Shown one piece after another: positions 17,692-26,571 of a DNA stretch of 64,000 nucleotides. The notes under the pieces were generated by a model. That model saw only the letters and a list, made by a program, of their open reading frames with translations. It was not told where the DNA came from and searched no databases. How positions within the stretch are numbered: the first letter of the stretch is position 1; each line of letters starts with the position of its first letter. Source of the DNA: Pseudomonadota bacterium (GTDB lineage Bacteria > Myxococcota_A > UBA796 > CAJQPC01). The position numbers and the translations under genes were made by a program. Location: the NCBI GenBank assembly GCA_024228935.1, contig JAAESX010000032.1, positions 25,043-89,042 of the forward strand. Reading direction: 5' to 3'.

Positions 17692-20600
17692 ATGAAACGA
17701 CTCGCGATCCTCCTCGCGCTGGCTGGTCCGGCGCTGCTCCTGTCCTCGTCCGTCTCGGCCGAGCCCGCCGACCGACGCACTCGCCGGCTGGTCGACGCCG
17801 ACCTTCAGAGCCGCGCCGCGATGGAGGAGGCCGCCAAGGCCGCCGCCAGCGACCGCCGCCACCGGGAGATGGTCGCCGCGGAGAAGCTGCTGCATGAGAA
17901 CCGCAGCCTCACGTCCGACCAGCGCGCCGACCTGATGCTGCGCCTGGCCGACCTCTACTTCCGCGAGGGGCGCGCGACCTACCTCGACGAGATGCTGCGC
18001 TTCCAGCAGCTGTTCGATGCCTGCTTCAACGACGCGGAGTGCGACCCGAACACGCTTATCGCGGACACGTCGGGCTCGGAGGCCTGGTACGACAAGAGCA
18101 TCCGTCTGTACGGCATCATCCTGCACAACTACCCGTTGTTCCCGCGCGCGGACGAGGCGACGTTCTTCCTCGCATCGGCGCTCGACGACCTCGACCGGGA
18201 CGACGAGGCGGTCCGTTCGTACATCGACCTGGTCAAGAACTATCCGCAGTCCGAGTTCGTCCCGACCTCGTACCTGCTGATCGGCGAGCACCAGTTCGAG
18301 AAGGGTGAGGTCTTCAAGGCCACGCTCGCCTACAAGAAGGCGACCGCCTACCGCCACCACGAGCACTACGCGCTGGCGCTCTACAAGCTGTCCTGGTGCT
18401 ACTACAACCTGGGTGAGTACGGGCTGGCGCTCGACACCATCAAGCGGGTCATCACCTGGTCGGACGAGACGCTCGAGTCCACCGACCACCAGGGCACCAT
18501 CGACCTGCGCGAGGACGCGTACCGGGATCTCGTGCGGTTCTGCGCAGATGGCGGGGATCTGGACGAGTGCGTGCACTTCATCAACCCGCGTGGCCGCCAG
18601 GACCTGGTCCGCGACACCATGGTCCGCCTCGGTCGAACCTACGTCGAGCAGGGCAAGGACGTGGATGCGCTGCAGCTGTACAAGCGGCTCATCTCGACCG
18701 ACCCGAAGCACGCGGACGCGGGCGCGTATCAGGCAGAGATTGTTGCGATCTCGCGCAAGATGGGGCGCGTCGACGAGACGGTCGACGAGCTGGAGCGACT
18801 GCTTCGCGACTACAGCCCGCTGAGCGCCTGGGCGCAGGCGAACGCCACGACGCCCGACGTCGTCAGCGACCTGAGCGAGCGGGCGTCCAAGGACCTCGCG
18901 AACCTGGCCATCGCGTGGCACCAGGAGGCGCGGAAGCTGGGGTCCGGTCCCCGCGCCGAGAAGCTGAGCGCGTCCGCGGACCGGCTCTACGGTGTCTACC
19001 GCAGTGAGTTCCCGGACGGCGCGCACGTCTACGAGGTCACCTTCGCCCACGCCGAGCTCCTGTTCGCGCGGAAGTCCTACGAGGCGTCCTGGAGTGCCTA
19101 CAGCTCGGTCGTGGAGATGGACCCGAAGGGCAAGCACGGCCAGTTCTCGGCCGAGGCCGCCATCCATGCCGCCGCCAAGCTGGCGGGCGAGCCCGACGAG
19201 GCCACGGGTCTCGAGCCCGTTCCGTTCACGGAGTGGGAGCAGAACCACCTGGTCTCGTTGGATAAATACGTCGAACTGTACCCGAGCGGACCCAAGGCGC
19301 AGTTCGCAATGTTCAAGTCGGCCTGGCTGCTGTACCACCGCAACGAGTTCGCGCTCGCGGCAGAGCGGTTCCGCGTGGTCATCGCACAGGACCCCGGCTC
19401 ACAGGAGGCGCGGTATGCGGCGAACCTCATCCTCGACTCGCTGGCCCTGGTCGAGGACTGGGCCACGCTGAAGACCACATCGCTGGCGTTCTTCGAGCAG
19501 CAGGACCTGGGCAACGCGGCGTTCAAGAAGAGCACCTGGAAGGTGCACGAGCGCGCCAGCTTCAAGCTCATCGAAGCGGATCGCGGTGAGTCCGGAGACG
19601 ACGTGGCGGCGGCCAACGCGCTGATCTCGTTCGAGAAGACGTTTCCGGAGAGCGATGTCGGCGACCTGGCGCTGAACAACGCGGCGGTGTGGTTCGCCGC
19701 CGCGGGTCAGCGCACGGACGCAATGTCCGCTCGCCGCGACCTGCTCGAGCGGTACCCGGACTCCAAGTTCGCCGGAGACACGCTCGTCGCGCTGGCGTTC
19801 GACCACGAGTCGAGCGCGGACTTCGAGCACGCCGCGCTGTTGTACGAGCGCGTCGCCGCCGAGCACGTGGGCCACGCCAGCGCCGAGACGGCGCTGTACT
19901 CGGCGGGGCTGTTCCGTAGGGCTCTGGGCGACACAGACGCCGCCCTCACCGACCTGCGGGCGCTGTTGGCCCTGAACTCCGTGCGGGACGACGCCCGCGA
20001 GCTGGAGCTCCAGGTCGCCCGCCTGCATCGCGCGAACGGGGCGGACGATGCCGCCCGACGCACGCTCCAGGTCCTCCTGGCCGCCGAGCCCGAGGCCGAG
20101 GTGCGCATGGTCGCCTGGCTGGAGCTCGTCGAGCTGTCGGCCGATCCCGACGCCGAGCGGGAGCGGGCGCTGGCCTGGGTGGCGGAGCAGGACGCGCTGT
20201 CCCCGTCGGTCGCCGAGGTCGCCGCCCGCATGCGGTATGCGCAGGTCGAGCCGCTGTGGGAGGCCTACGCGGCGCTCCGCATCGACGGTCCGGGGCGGTC
20301 CGTCTCCATCGCGCAGGAGAACCGGATGCTGGGTGACCAGCTGAAGGCCAAGACCGAGGCGCTTTCGGGGCTCGAGGTGCGGTACGCCGAGGTCATCGAC
20401 ACCGGGTCGGGCCCGTGGGGCGTCGCGTCGCTGGTCCGCGTGGGACTGGCCTATGAGAACCTGGCCGAGACCCTGGTCACCAGCCACATCCCGACGTTCC
20501 TCACCCCGGAGCAGGCGGAGATGTACAGGCAGGACCTGAACGATCGCGCAGAGTTGATGCGGCTGAAGGCCCAGACGGCGTACGAGACCGCACACCAGAA

Positions 20601-20760
20601 GGCGGTCGAACTCGACGTGTACGACGACTCGACCGCGACCGCGCTTGCCCGGCTCCAGGAGCTCGACCCCGAGGCCTGGACGGCTCGCGCCGAGGTCCTG
20701 CCCAGCCCCGGGTACGCCTCGGGCGCCGCCCACACCGCCACGTTCGAAGAGGAGCTGTGA
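17692..20760 (+). CDS. large secreted tetratricopeptide (TPR) repeat protein
   Basis: It has the signal peptide MKRLAILLALAGPALLLSSSVSA, followed by about 1000 aa of helical A/L/Y-rich repeats with TPR-like periodicity (e.g. EATFFLASALDDLDRDDEAVRSYIDLVKNYPQSEF). Confidence 0.8.
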   Translation: MKRLAILLALAGPALLLSSSVSAEPADRRTRRLVDADLQSRAAMEEAAKAAASDRRHREMVAAEKLLHENRSLTSDQRADLMLRLADLYFREGRATYLDEMLRFQQLFDACFNDAECDPNTLIADTSGSEAWYDKSIRLYGIILHNYPLFPRADEATFFLASALDDLDRDDEAVRSYIDLVKNYPQSEFVPTSYLLIGEHQFEKGEVFKATLAYKKATAYRHHEHYALALYKLSWCYYNLGEYGLALDTIKRVITWSDETLESTDHQGTIDLREDAYRDLVRFCADGGDLDECVHFINPRGRQDLVRDTMVRLGRTYVEQGKDVDALQLYKRLISTDPKHADAGAYQAEIVAISRKMGRVDETVDELERLLRDYSPLSAWAQANATTPDVVSDLSERASKDLANLAIAWHQEARKLGSGPRAEKLSASADRLYGVYRSEFPDGAHVYEVTFAHAELLFARKSYEASWSAYSSVVEMDPKGKHGQFSAEAAIHAAAKLAGEPDEATGLEPVPFTEWEQNHLVSLDKYVELYPSGPKAQFAMFKSAWLLYHRNEFALAAERFRVVIAQDPGSQEARYAANLILDSLALVEDWATLKTTSLAFFEQQDLGNAAFKKSTWKVHERASFKLIEADRGESGDDVAAANALISFEKTFPESDVGDLALNNAAVWFAAAGQRTDAMSARRDLLERYPDSKFAGDTLVALAFDHESSADFEHAALLYERVAAEHVGHASAETALYSAGLFRRALGDTDAALTDLRALLALNSVRDDARELELQVARLHRANGADDAARRTLQVLLAAEPEAEVRMVAWLELVELSADPDAERERALAWVAEQDALSPSVAEVAARMRYAQVEPLWEAYAALRIDGPGRSVSIAQENRMLGDQLKAKTEALSGLEVRYAEVIDTGSGPWGVASLVRVGLAYENLAETLVTSHIPTFLTPEQAEMYRQDLNDRAELMRLKAQTAYETAHQKAVELDVYDDSTATALARLQELDPEAWTARAEVLPSPGYASGAAHTATFEEEL

Positions 20761-21521
20761 TGCTGTCCATCGGAATCCTTCTGGCCTGTGCGCCTGTGAA
20801 GCACCCTATCGAGCCGCTCGTCGTCCCGGTCGTGGTCGTCCCCCGGCTCGAAGAACCCGAAGCGCGCGCGCCGACGCCGGGGGAGACCTGGATCGCGCTG
20901 GCCCATCGGCACCTGGACGCAGGGGAGGTGGGGATGGCCGAGCTCTGTGAGGGCAAGGCGGCTGAGCTCCAACTGTGGGACGCCTCGCTGTCCAACCGGC
21001 TCGGCCTCGCGGCTCTGGATGCCGGGGACACGGCGGGCGCGGTCGGCAGGTTCCAGGAGGCGCTGCGGCTGGAGGCCGACCACGTCGACGCGAACCTGAA
21101 CCTGGGCGCGCTCGCGCTCGAGGCCGGCGACGTCGAGCACGCCGCTGAACGGTTCGCTGTCGTGTGGCGGAGCGACGCGGACCATCGAGACGCCGGGCTC
21201 GGCCTCGCCCACGCGCTGTCGATGGACGGACAGGACCCGGTCGCGGTCTACACGCGGCTACTCGAGCTCGACCCCGAGGACTGGGCGGCCGCCGAGGCTG
21301 CGGCGCTCCATGCCGGCCGGACCGGCGCCTGGGCGGTCGGCCTGACGACGCTGGACGCGTACATGGCTGCCAGCCTCGCGCCCGACCCCGACGCGTTCGT
21401 CCTGCGCGACCGGCTGAAGGACGAGGCCGACGCCGAAGCCGAGCAGGAGCGGCTGATGAGGCGCTTCCGGGAGAAGGAAGCGAGCCAGCAGGAGCAGTAC
21501 GAGGAGTGGCTCCAGGAGTGA
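20757..21521 (+). CDS. TPR-repeat lipoprotein
   Basis: GTG 20757 or ATG 20760 overlaps the upstream TGA. It has the leader M(M)LSIGILLAC, TPR-like helices (AVGRFQEALRLEADHVDANLNLGALALEAGD) and an acidic coiled C-terminus. Confidence 0.75.
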   Translation: MMLSIGILLACAPVKHPIEPLVVPVVVVPRLEEPEARAPTPGETWIALAHRHLDAGEVGMAELCEGKAAELQLWDASLSNRLGLAALDAGDTAGAVGRFQEALRLEADHVDANLNLGALALEAGDVEHAAERFAVVWRSDADHRDAGLGLAHALSMDGQDPVAVYTRLLELDPEDWAAAEAAALHAGRTGAWAVGLTTLDAYMAASLAPDPDAFVLRDRLKDEADAEAEQERLMRRFREKEASQQEQYEEWLQE

Positions 21522-21538
21522 GTGGTTAGGGGGCGCGT

Positions 21539-21943
21539 ATGGCCCACATCCATCGCGTCCAGATCTACTACGAGGACACCGATCACTCCGGCGTCGTCTA
21601 TCACGCGAACTATCTCAAGTACTTCGAGCGGGCGCGTGAGCACCTGCTCGGGGTCTCGGAGCTCGTTCGGCTCTGGGAAGAGCAGGGGATCGGCTTCGTC
21701 GTCTACCAGTGCCGGCTGAAGTTCCGCGAGGGCGCCACCCACGGGCAGACGATCGAGATCCGGACGACCATCAAGCAGGGCTCGCCCTACCGCGCGGTGT
21801 TCACCCAGCAGGTCTGGCAGCCCGAGGGCAAGGGCTGGATGGTGGACGGCGAGGTCGAGCTCTGCTGCGTCGACCGGGAGAACAAGCTCGTGAAGCTGCC
21901 GGAGACGGTCCAGGCGCTCATCGCCGAGCAGCTCAAGGCGTAG
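21539..21943 (+). CDS. YbgC/4HBT-family acyl-CoA thioesterase
   Basis: The N-terminus HRVQIYYEDTDHSGVVYHANYLKYFERAREHLL is a near-consensus hotdog-fold YbgC/FadM signature. 134 aa. Confidence 0.9.
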   Translation: MAHIHRVQIYYEDTDHSGVVYHANYLKYFERAREHLLGVSELVRLWEEQGIGFVVYQCRLKFREGATHGQTIEIRTTIKQGSPYRAVFTQQVWQPEGKGWMVDGEVELCCVDRENKLVKLPETVQALIAEQLKA

Positions 21944-22475
21944 GCTGCTCGAGCCCGGTCTTGATCTCGGCGATGGCCTTGTCGAAGTCCAGGCCGACGA
22001 TGTGCCAGCCCTGGTCGTTCTTGGTCATGGCAGCGTCGACGTGCGTCTCGACCCCCCACGCGACGATGGGGAGCTGCCCCGTCGCCAGGTTGCCGTTCAC
22101 GTCGAACGAGGCCCGCAGGACGTCGCCGGGCTGGATGGCCGGACACAGCTCCGAGATCGGCTTGCTGCCGAAGCCGGCCCGCGCGTCCGCTACGAGCTCG
22201 GGCCCGGCGCTCTCCACCGCGCTGTTCAGGAGTCCTCGGCCCAGGGTGCGGCCCAGCTCGCGGAGGCCCTGGTTGGGCGCAGCCGCGCGCTCACCCCAGT
22301 CCTCGAGCAACGTGATGCGTGTGCAGCCCTCGAACGCCTGGGGCACGACCGCGTCCATGTCGACCCGCGCCTCGAAGGACTCCAGGTTGCCATCACGCAG
22401 GGCGTAGAACGCCTCGCGGGCGGCGGGCTCGGGGGCGTCGAGGAGGCTGCAGGCCAGTACGGAGAGGATCATCAT
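21933..22475 (-). CDS. hypothetical lipoprotein
   Basis: The ORF begins MMILSVLAC (lipobox). It converges on the thioesterase gene with an 11-nt overlap. No recognised domain. Confidence 0.65.
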   Translation of the reverse strand: MMILSVLACSLLDAPEPAAREAFYALRDGNLESFEARVDMDAVVPQAFEGCTRITLLEDWGERAAAPNQGLRELGRTLGRGLLNSAVESAGPELVADARAGFGSKPISELCPAIQPGDVLRASFDVNGNLATGQLPIVAWGVETHVDAAMTKNDQGWHIVGLDFDKAIAEIKTGLEQPTP

Positions 22476-22502
22476 GGTGACTCTACGTACCGCGGCGGGC
22501 GG

Positions 22503-24587
22503 TCATTCGTCCGGGCTGGAGCGAACCCAGATGTGGTGGCGCGCGACGGACTCGCCGTCGGCCAGCAGCTCGACGTCGTGCTCGCCGTCCGATGCGGCCC
22601 AGCGGACGCCCTCGCCGCGCCCGACCTCGACGCCGTCCGCCAGCCAGACGAACTCCGTTCCGCGCGGTCCGGTCGCGCGCAGGGGCAGGCTCGCCCCCTC
22701 GAGGTAGTAGGTGCTCGCGTCGTCCGGGGACACCAGGCGGGCCGGCGGGTCCAGGTCGCGGTCGTGGTCGCACTCGCGGTCTGGGACGGTCCCGGGGGCG
22801 AACAGCTCGGGCATGCCGTGCGGGCAGCTGTCGCCTCGTCTGAGTCCGGTGTCGGGGCAGATGGGACCCTTGACGAGCTCGGCCCGGTAGAGCTCGGTCT
22901 TCTGCGAGGTGTAGGCCTCCTCGGCCACCGCGCGCAGGATCGGTCCGGCGCCCGTGACGCCGCTCACGTCCTGCATCGGGCTGTTGTCGGCGTTGCCCAC
23001 CCAGACGCCGATGACGTGCTCCGGGGTGACGCCCATCGCCCAGTTGTCTCGCCAGCCGACCGACGTGCCGGTCTTTGCGGCCATGGGGAACGACGGCTCG
23101 AGCACCGAGTCGACACCGAACGCGCGGGCGCGGGCATCCGGGTCGTCCAGCACATCCAGGACCAGGCCCGACGCGGCGCCATCCAGGACCTGTACGGGGG
23201 CGACCCGCTCGGCCGCGCGGTCGGACCGCAGCGCCCGATGACGGCCGCCGCTCGCCAGGGCCAGGTAGCCCTCGACCAGCTCGTACAGCGACACCTCGCC
23301 GTCCCCCAGCGCCAGCGCGAGCCCGTAGTGCCCTGGCCGCTCCTCCAGCGACCGGAACCCGACCAGCCGCAGCCGCATGTGCAGCTCGGCCAGACCCACC
23401 TGCTCGAGGACGCGCACGGCGGGCAGGTTCCGGCTGGTCGCCAGCGCCTCTCGGACGCGGATCCGCCCGTAGAAGGACTCGTCGTAGTTGGTCGGTCGGT
23501 AGGTCCCGTGGGTGGTCGTCCAGGCCCCCGGCAGGTCGTCGACCAGGCTCGCCAGGGTCAGGTGCTCCTCGGCCAGCGCGAGCTCATACACGAACGGTTT
23601 CAGGGCGCTACCGGGACTGCGGAGCGCCTGGACGCCATCCACCTGGCCCGCTTCGGCCGACCAGTCGGCCGAGCCCACGTACGCCAGGATCCCAGCCGAC
23701 GCGCGGTCGACCACCAGGACCGCTGCGTTCGTCACGTTCCGGCCGTCGAGCTGCCGAAGCTGCCCTTCGATGATCTCCTCGACGCGCCGCTGGAGCTCCA
23801 GGTCCAACGTGGTCTCGACCTGGCTGTCGCGTGCAGCCTCCAGGTGCCGGACGAAGTGGGGGGCGTCTCGCCAGATGGGGGCGCTCCGAGCCTCGAGCGG
23901 CGTCGCCAGCGCGTCTTCGACGTCCGCCCAGCCCAGCTCGTCGAGCCGCAGCAGGACGCTGTTGCGTGCGTCGAGGGCCTGGTCGGGGTGCTCGAACGGG
24001 TCGTGCGCGGCGGGGCGCCGAGGCAATGCTGCGAGCATGGCGGCCTCTGATAAGCTGAGTGTTTCAGGGGACTTGTCGAAGAATTGTAGTGCGGCGGCGT
24101 CGATCCCGTAGGCGTTGCGGCCGAAGTAGACGCGGTTGGCGTACTCCAGCAGGATGGTGTCCTTGTCGGTGCGGAGCTCGAGTCGTACAGCCGTCCAGGC
24201 CTCGTCGAGCTTGCCCAGCCACCGGGTACGTCGGGGCCAGACGGTGCGGACGAGCTGCTGGGTGATGGTCGAGCCCCCCTGTGCGACCTCGCCGGCCCGC
24301 AGGTTGGCGTTGGCGGCGCGCACGATGGCGGTTGGGTCGATTCCGACATGTGTTCGAAACCGATGGTCTTCTGCCGCGAGAAGGGTCAGCTCGACCCACT
24401 TGGGGACCCTGTCCACCGGCGAGCCCATCGCGCGGTCGGGTGTGCCTTCGCGGGCGATGGTGTGGCCGTTCCGGTCCAGCACGACGGGCGCGTCCGACGG
24501 CGGCGGAAGCGAGTCCACGGGCCACGCGAACGCGATGAGCACCGCCGCCGTCAGGACCGCCAGCAGCCCTGCGAGGCGTCGCTTCAC
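22503..24587 (-). CDS. pbpC: penicillin-binding protein 1C (bifunctional transglycosylase/transpeptidase-like)
   Basis: GTG at 24587 overlaps the TGA of the upstream gene. It has a TM anchor, GT51 motifs EDHRF and GGSTITQQL, transpeptidase motifs SALKP (SxxK), SRN and KTGTS, and the extra C-terminal domain typical of PBP1C. The upstream 96 aa of the track ORF are noise. Confidence 0.9.
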   Translation of the reverse strand: MKRRLAGLLAVLTAAVLIAFAWPVDSLPPPSDAPVVLDRNGHTIAREGTPDRAMGSPVDRVPKWVELTLLAAEDHRFRTHVGIDPTAIVRAANANLRAGEVAQGGSTITQQLVRTVWPRRTRWLGKLDEAWTAVRLELRTDKDTILLEYANRVYFGRNAYGIDAAALQFFDKSPETLSLSEAAMLAALPRRPAAHDPFEHPDQALDARNSVLLRLDELGWADVEDALATPLEARSAPIWRDAPHFVRHLEAARDSQVETTLDLELQRRVEEIIEGQLRQLDGRNVTNAAVLVVDRASAGILAYVGSADWSAEAGQVDGVQALRSPGSALKPFVYELALAEEHLTLASLVDDLPGAWTTTHGTYRPTNYDESFYGRIRVREALATSRNLPAVRVLEQVGLAELHMRLRLVGFRSLEERPGHYGLALALGDGEVSLYELVEGYLALASGGRHRALRSDRAAERVAPVQVLDGAASGLVLDVLDDPDARARAFGVDSVLEPSFPMAAKTGTSVGWRDNWAMGVTPEHVIGVWVGNADNSPMQDVSGVTGAGPILRAVAEEAYTSQKTELYRAELVKGPICPDTGLRRGDSCPHGMPELFAPGTVPDRECDHDRDLDPPARLVSPDDASTYYLEGASLPLRATGPRGTEFVWLADGVEVGRGEGVRWAASDGEHDVELLADGESVARHHIWVRSSPDE

Positions 24588-26548
24588 TTGCGCCGGCCGA
24601 GCATCAGCAGCATTCCGAGTCCGACGCCGAGCGGCAGCATCGCGCCGCCCCCCACCACCAGGCCGACGACCGCTCCCCACGTCCACTCGGGCACGCTGGC
24701 GCTGTCCCTCGTCTCGCGCTCGAGCGTGAAGCCGGACCAGCCTTGGACCTCGTTCAGCGCGTCCTGGTAGGCGATGAGCTCCGAGGTCTCGACGCGGTCG
24801 GACAGGACCTCGAGCTCGTAGCGCTCCTCGAGGTGACCGCGCCGCGCGGTGGACTGGACCTCCCAGCGGAACCACCGGTTGGAGACCACCCCGCTGCGGT
24901 CGTCGAAGCTCCAGTCCGGCGGCGTGTCCAGCACGATGCGCTCGACCTCGTGTGTGCCGACGGGGAGCGCCAGCGGCCGGGTCCGCGACTGCTCGGCGTA
25001 GGGCAGCAGGTCGTAGATGGACAGCTCGTACAGGGGGAAGAACTCGACGCCGTCCTCGTCGAGCGTCCAGGCGTCCGCAAGCCGGTAGTGCTCATCGAGC
25101 TGCACGACGTTGCTCGCTACGTCGTCCACGACGGTGATGTCGTCGGTCGGAAAGATCTGCAGGTCCGTGCGCTGGAGCTGGCCCAGGAGGTCGCCCGCGA
25201 GCTCGGCCTCGGAGACGCTGGCGAACCAGGAACGCAGGTTGTCCGCCCGGCCCCCGGTCGCGCGGGTGGTGGTCTGCATCCGGGGAGATCCCAGGACCGG
25301 TACGTCGTACGCCCAGGTGAGCTCGCTCGTGCCCTCGGAGTCGTCGCCTCGCGACATGCGCAACAGCTCGGTCTCGCCGGGACGTACCAGCAGCGCGTAG
25401 CCGTAGTCCGGCACGTACCGGTCTCGGACGTCGCCGCCTTGCAGCGCCGAGGTCGGGTCGACGTAGTAGCCGCCGCCTCGATCCTCGACGTAGACGATGA
25501 CGTGGTCGAAGGCGCCCGGTGAGGGGAGCCAGGTGTCGATGGGGGCGCTGCCGCTGTTGACCAGCGCGGGCCAGGCGACGACCCCTTGCTCCCTCAGCAG
25601 GGTGATCAGCAGGAGCGTCTTGTCCTTGCAGTCGCCGTAGCGCAGGCGCTGCACGGTGTCGGGGGAGCGGGGTGTGTGGCTCCCCTCGCCGAGCTCGATC
25701 CCGACGTATCGGACGTCGTCCTGGACCCAGTCGAGCGCGGCGGTCGCGTCGTCCAGCTCCGGCGCGTCGAGCTCGCCCGACCAGGTGTAGAGCGGGAGCG
25801 CCCACTCGACGACCTCGCCCCAGGTCTGGAACTCGCTGCCGTGGATGTGGGGGTACTCGACGACGTCCGTCGGCACGTTCCACTCGGGGATGACGGCGGG
25901 CAGACCCCGCGCCGTCCAGCGCCAGGTCGTCAGCCCGTCCTCCTCTCGGCCGTCCGCTCCCAGGACGCGAACGCTCGCGTGGCGACCCGGGTCGGCCTCG
26001 ATTCGGACCGAGCGCAACAGCACGGGCACGTCCCACGCGATCTGGAACGCGTCGGTCCATCGACCCTCGAAGACCGGGTCGTTCATCTCCAGGCTGTAGC
26101 TGTACCGGACGACGTCCCCGACGGTCAGGTCCGGGACGAGGACCACCAGCGACCGCTCTCCGGTGAGCAGCCCCTGCCACAGGTCCTGCTCGGGTTGGAT
26201 GACCGCGGTGTGGGCATCGGCCGTCCGCGAGGACCAGGCGCCATCCCGGTGGACCTCCAGGTCGTGGAAGACCAGGCGCTCGCTGCTCGGGTCGAACGCG
26301 ATCTCCAGCTGGCCCGCCGCCTCGAGCCCCTCGCGCGTCACGATCCGGTAGCTGCGGTGCACGAAGCGAGTCGCCCCGCCCTGCGCGTGGAGTCGCGTCT
26401 GGTCGTCGACCAACAGGTACTGGGTGTGCGGGAGCACCACGCCCCGTGGGGGTGGCACGAGCACCGGCACGTCGGGCGGCTCGACCCAGGACGGCGTCGG
26501 CCCGGTCTCCAGGGCGGCGAGCGTCAGCGCCGGAAGGGTGAGCCACAC
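24584..26548 (-). CDS. DUF3857 plus transglutaminase-like cysteine-protease-fold protein, C-terminal TM anchor
   Basis: It has an N-terminal beta-rich domain, the core motif RYGDCKDKTLLLITLLR (transglutaminase-like Cys), and a C-terminal hydrophobic tail WGAVVGLVVGGGAMLPLGVGLGMLLML. Confidence 0.8.
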   Translation of the reverse strand: MWLTLPALTLAALETGPTPSWVEPPDVPVLVPPPRGVVLPHTQYLLVDDQTRLHAQGGATRFVHRSYRIVTREGLEAAGQLEIAFDPSSERLVFHDLEVHRDGAWSSRTADAHTAVIQPEQDLWQGLLTGERSLVVLVPDLTVGDVVRYSYSLEMNDPVFEGRWTDAFQIAWDVPVLLRSVRIEADPGRHASVRVLGADGREEDGLTTWRWTARGLPAVIPEWNVPTDVVEYPHIHGSEFQTWGEVVEWALPLYTWSGELDAPELDDATAALDWVQDDVRYVGIELGEGSHTPRSPDTVQRLRYGDCKDKTLLLITLLREQGVVAWPALVNSGSAPIDTWLPSPGAFDHVIVYVEDRGGGYYVDPTSALQGGDVRDRYVPDYGYALLVRPGETELLRMSRGDDSEGTSELTWAYDVPVLGSPRMQTTTRATGGRADNLRSWFASVSEAELAGDLLGQLQRTDLQIFPTDDITVVDDVASNVVQLDEHYRLADAWTLDEDGVEFFPLYELSIYDLLPYAEQSRTRPLALPVGTHEVERIVLDTPPDWSFDDRSGVVSNRWFRWEVQSTARRGHLEERYELEVLSDRVETSELIAYQDALNEVQGWSGFTLERETRDSASVPEWTWGAVVGLVVGGGAMLPLGVGLGMLLMLGRRK

Positions 26549-26571
26549 CCCGGCATCCTAAGCTCTCGACG

